Below, piece after piece: positions 61,420-64,000 of a stretch of 64,000 nt of DNA. Below the pieces are notes generated by a model. That model made no database searches and was not told where the DNA came from. It worked only from the letters and a program-made list of their open reading frames with translations. Position 1 is the stretch's first letter; each line of letters begins with the position of its first letter. The position numbers and the translations under genes were made by a program. Source of the stretch: Candidatus Marinacidobacterales bacterium (GTDB taxonomy: Bacteria > Acidobacteriota > Vicinamibacteria > Marinacidobacterales > SMYC01). Where the stretch lies: NCBI GenBank assembly GCA_965197495.1, contig OZ240210.1, positions 7,998,481 through 8,062,480 on the forward strand, written 5' to 3'.

Positions 61420-63281
61420 ACGTTTAAAGCAGATGCGGCGGTTCTAAATGTAATGTGTAAGCATGTAATAGTGACAGAACAGTTATTTTACTGATTTAAT
61501 CCTGTATAGTCGGCGCATGTACATCGCCAAGGTGCCGAACCGCAACTCGCCCCCAGCGATTCTCATCCGCGAAAGCTACCGCGAAGGCGGTGCGCCCAAA
61601 ACGAGGACCGTCGCCAACATCTCGAAGTGGAAGCCCGCGCGAATTGAAGCTCTTCGCCAGTTGCTAAAGGGCAACGTGGATTTGGGTGAGGCTCAGCAGT
61701 TCGAGATCACCAGAAGCAAGCCTCACGGACATGTTGCGGCCGTGCTGGGAACGCTGCGCAAAGTTGGCCTCGAGCGAATCATCCATAGCCGCCAGCGCCG
61801 AGAGCGTGACCTCGTCGTGGCGATGATTGTGGCGCGAATCGTAGAGCCGGGCTCCAAGTTGGCCACGGCCCGTGGTCTATCGAAACAGACCTTGACTTCG
61901 TCATTGGGTGAGTGTGTTGGAGTTGAAGACACCAACGAGGATGAGTTGTATGATTCCCTGGATTGGCTTTTGAGCCGCCAAGCAGCCATAGAGAAGAAAC
62001 TGGCGAAACGCCATCTGCAGCAGGGCAGCCTGGTTCTCTACGACTTGACGTCGACTTGGGTAGAAGGTCGGTCGTGCCCTCTGGCGAAGCTCGGTTACTC
62101 GAGAGACGGCAAGAAAAACAAGTTGCAGGTCGTGTTCGGCTTACTGTGTGAGCGTGATGGTCGGCCGGTCGGGGTAGAGGTGTTCGAAGGCAACACCGGA
62201 GATCCCGCAACACTGGGGAGCCAAATTCGCAAAGTCCGAGAACGTTTTGAGCTTGACAGTATCGTCTTCGTAGGTGACCGAGGGATGATCACCGAAGCCC
62301 GGATTCGCGAGGAACTTCGACCGGAGGAAGGTCTCGAGTGGATCAGCTCACTTCGTGCCCCTCAGATTCAGCGACTTGCAAAAGACGGAATGCTGCAGCC
62401 TTCTCTGTTCGATGAACTCGACCTAGCGGAGATCCATCATCCTAGCTTCCCTGGTGAGCGACTCATCGCCTGCCGCAACCCTCTTCTTGCTACCGAGCGG
62501 GCGCGGAAGCGAGAAGAGATGCTTGTGTCGACGGAGTCAAAGCTAGAAGTGATTAGCAAAGCGACGAAGCGAGACCAACGTCCTTTGCGAGGCAAAGATA
62601 CCATCGGCATACGATTGGGTCGAGTGTTCGCTCGGAGCAAGATGGGCAAGCACTTTCGCTACACCATTACGGACGACGGCTTCGACTTCGAGCGCGACAA
62701 CGAAAACATCGAGCGTGAGGCGGCCCTCGACAGCATCTATATCATCCGAACAAGCCTCACCGAAGAGGCCATCTCCGCAGACGAAGCTGTCAGGACCTAC
62801 AAAGGCTTGGCAGTCGTTGAACGCGCTTTTCGTTGCTGCAAAACCGTGGATTTGAAAGTACGGCCCATCTATCACTACAACGCTGAGCGAGTTCGAGCTC
62901 ACATCTTTCTTTGCATGCTCGCCTACTACGTGGAATGGCACATGCGAAAAGCCCTCGTCCCGATCTTGTTTGACGACGACGACCCTGACGGTGCCCATGC
63001 CAAACGCTCATCCATCGTCAGCCCAGCAACGCCTTCAGACTCCGCCCAGGCAAAGGCTTCTACCAAGAAGACTCCCGACGGGTTGCCCGTCCACAGTTTC
63101 AGAACGCTTCTTTCTGATCTTGCTACGGTCACGAAAAATCAGGTCGAAAACGAAGCCCGCGGCCTGTCCTTCGTCAGCATCACTCGCCCCACACCCTTGC
63201 AGCACAAAGCATTCAACCTGCTCGAAATCAACCCCCGCACGATGTAAGCAGTACACACACCTCTCTTCAAAAACAAAGCCA
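61420..63281 (+). mobile_element. Divergent IS1634-family element (#4). Its transposase 61517..63247 (576 aa) is ~45% identical to copies 1-3. Boundaries are approximate.
   Basis: Collinear conserved blocks (PNRNSPPAILIRESYREGG, GYSRDGKK, VGDRGM, LRAP, DLKVRPIYH, HIFLCMLAYYVEWHMR). It sits between the two halves of the HNH gene. Confidence 0.7.
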
Positions 63282-63650
63282 ATGATGCCCACACTTACGC
63301 TTGTTCATCCGTGGAAGGTCCGACTAGAAAGGGACGGCTGGAAATGCACGGTTCCCTGTTGCAGTGCCCGCTCGCAATTAACGGTCCATCACATTCAGTA
63401 TCGCAGCCGTGGCATCGGCCACTCGCCGTGGAATTTGACGACCACCTGCACGTTCCATCATTCTCTGATCCACGCCGAGCGCATCGGCGTGAAAGGACGC
63501 GCACCGCAAGATCTCAAATGGACTTTTCCGAAATTGATGCAGGCGGTTTTGGAACGCCGTCGCAACCGTCCGAGCATTTGGCTCGGCGAGTCGGACGTGC
63601 TCGAGTGCTCTCTCGAAACGCGCGCAGGTCCAAAGACGACCGATACATAG
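63282..63650 (+). CDS. HNH endonuclease domain ORF (122 aa), probably the C-terminal remnant of the IS-disrupted DUF222/HNH gene.
   Basis: RDGWKCTVPCCSAR...TVHHIQYRSRGIGHSPWNLTTTCTFHHSLIHAERIG is an HNH motif (C-x2-C...HH...N...C...HH). Confidence 0.6.
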   Translation: MMPTLTLVHPWKVRLERDGWKCTVPCCSARSQLTVHHIQYRSRGIGHSPWNLTTTCTFHHSLIHAERIGVKGRAPQDLKWTFPKLMQAVLERRRNRPSIWLGESDVLECSLETRAGPKTTDT

Positions 63651-64000
63651 ACGCTGCCACCGAGGCCTATCCGATGGACTCGACCAAACGATGCCGTTCT
63701 GCCTGTCACAGCGTTTTCCGTCCTTTTTCAGTCGATCTAGCAACGAATCCATTCTTGCATGCCCGTTTCATACTCGATGCCGTCGAAAGCGACACGCCAT
63801 CAAAACCGAACATGTGTTCGGTTTTGATGCGACTCGAACGCTTGGAGCGCCCCCTTACTCCTCCACCCACCGAGCTGTTCGCTCCCAGCCACCACACAGA
63901 CGCGCGCGCAGGTCCCAAGCCGACCGTTTTACCTCCCGGATCGTTTTTACGCCTTTCCGAGTCGATCCAGCGCCAAATCCATCCTCGCATGTCCCTCTCG
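63600..64000. repeat. Tandem ~280-bp direct duplication (unit 1 ~63610-63790; unit 2 ~63890-64000+, truncated by the window end). It starts in the HNH 3' end. Unit 1 contains a 32-bp perfect palindrome catcaaaaccgaacatgtgttcggttttgatg (63797-63828).
   Basis: cgcgcgcaggtccaaagacgaccg / cgcgcgcaggtcccaagccgaccg, and tttttcagtcgatctagcaacgaatccattcttgcatgcccg / tttccgagtcgatccagcgccaaatccatcctcgcatgtccc. Confidence 0.5.

Overview
This is a 64-kb, high-GC (~62%) bacterial chromosomal window. Inference: probably Acidobacteria-like, based on a TIGR03436-type secreted VWA protein, BatA-N/VWA/DUF4159 proteins and a PEGA/PD40 Ser/Thr kinase. It has four parts. (1) Positions 1-14,394 hold a nine-gene, translationally coupled minus-strand MoxR–DUF58–VWA (Bat-like) cluster. 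It also encodes two DUF4159 paralogues, a TPR protein with a zincin HExxH motif, a caspase/C13-like protein and a large DUF4175-like protein that runs off the window start. (2) Positions 16.3-28.7 kb are an insertion-sequence graveyard. One IS1634-family copy is split in two. An IS200/IS605 tnpA is split in two. An ISL3-family element inserted into an unclassified ~1.7-kb repeat element (here 'ISx') with an 8-bp ACAGTTTT target duplication, and it carries nested IS200 and IS3 insertions. A ~6.9-kb inversion (18,034-24,973), with breakpoints inside the IS1634 and IS200 transposase genes at a 7-bp ATCCGGG/CCCGGAT microhomology, explains the present layout. The inverted segment carries a patatin-like gene and a bifunctional homocysteine-methyltransferase/MTHFR gene. 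(3) Positions 28.6-42.3 kb hold two >99% identical, inverted copies of a module. Each module is a TIGR02436 four-helix-bundle (Avd-like) gene divergently paired with a 528-aa ISx protein, followed by a GC-rich hairpin repeat. The two copies bracket a 10.7-kb housekeeping segment: argS, lepB, an FHA–RDD protein, a TonB-C protein, a Ser/Thr kinase with a 21x VEP repeat, a bshC-like gene, a Dabb protein, a sigma-28-like factor and a DAACS transporter. metH follows. (4) Positions 46-64 kb hold a cytochrome c gene, rfbA and rfbC, two Ser/Thr-kinase–PD40 paralogues (one disrupted by IS1634 copy 3 and frameshifts), a full IS1634 copy with an ATTAGA target duplication, a Uma2 endonuclease gene, and a DUF222/HNH-like gene split by a divergent IS1634-family element. 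The window ends in a tandem duplication with a 32-bp perfect palindrome. No rRNA, tRNA or CRISPR was found. Most plus-strand ORFs that overlap the minus-strand genes are antisense shadows.
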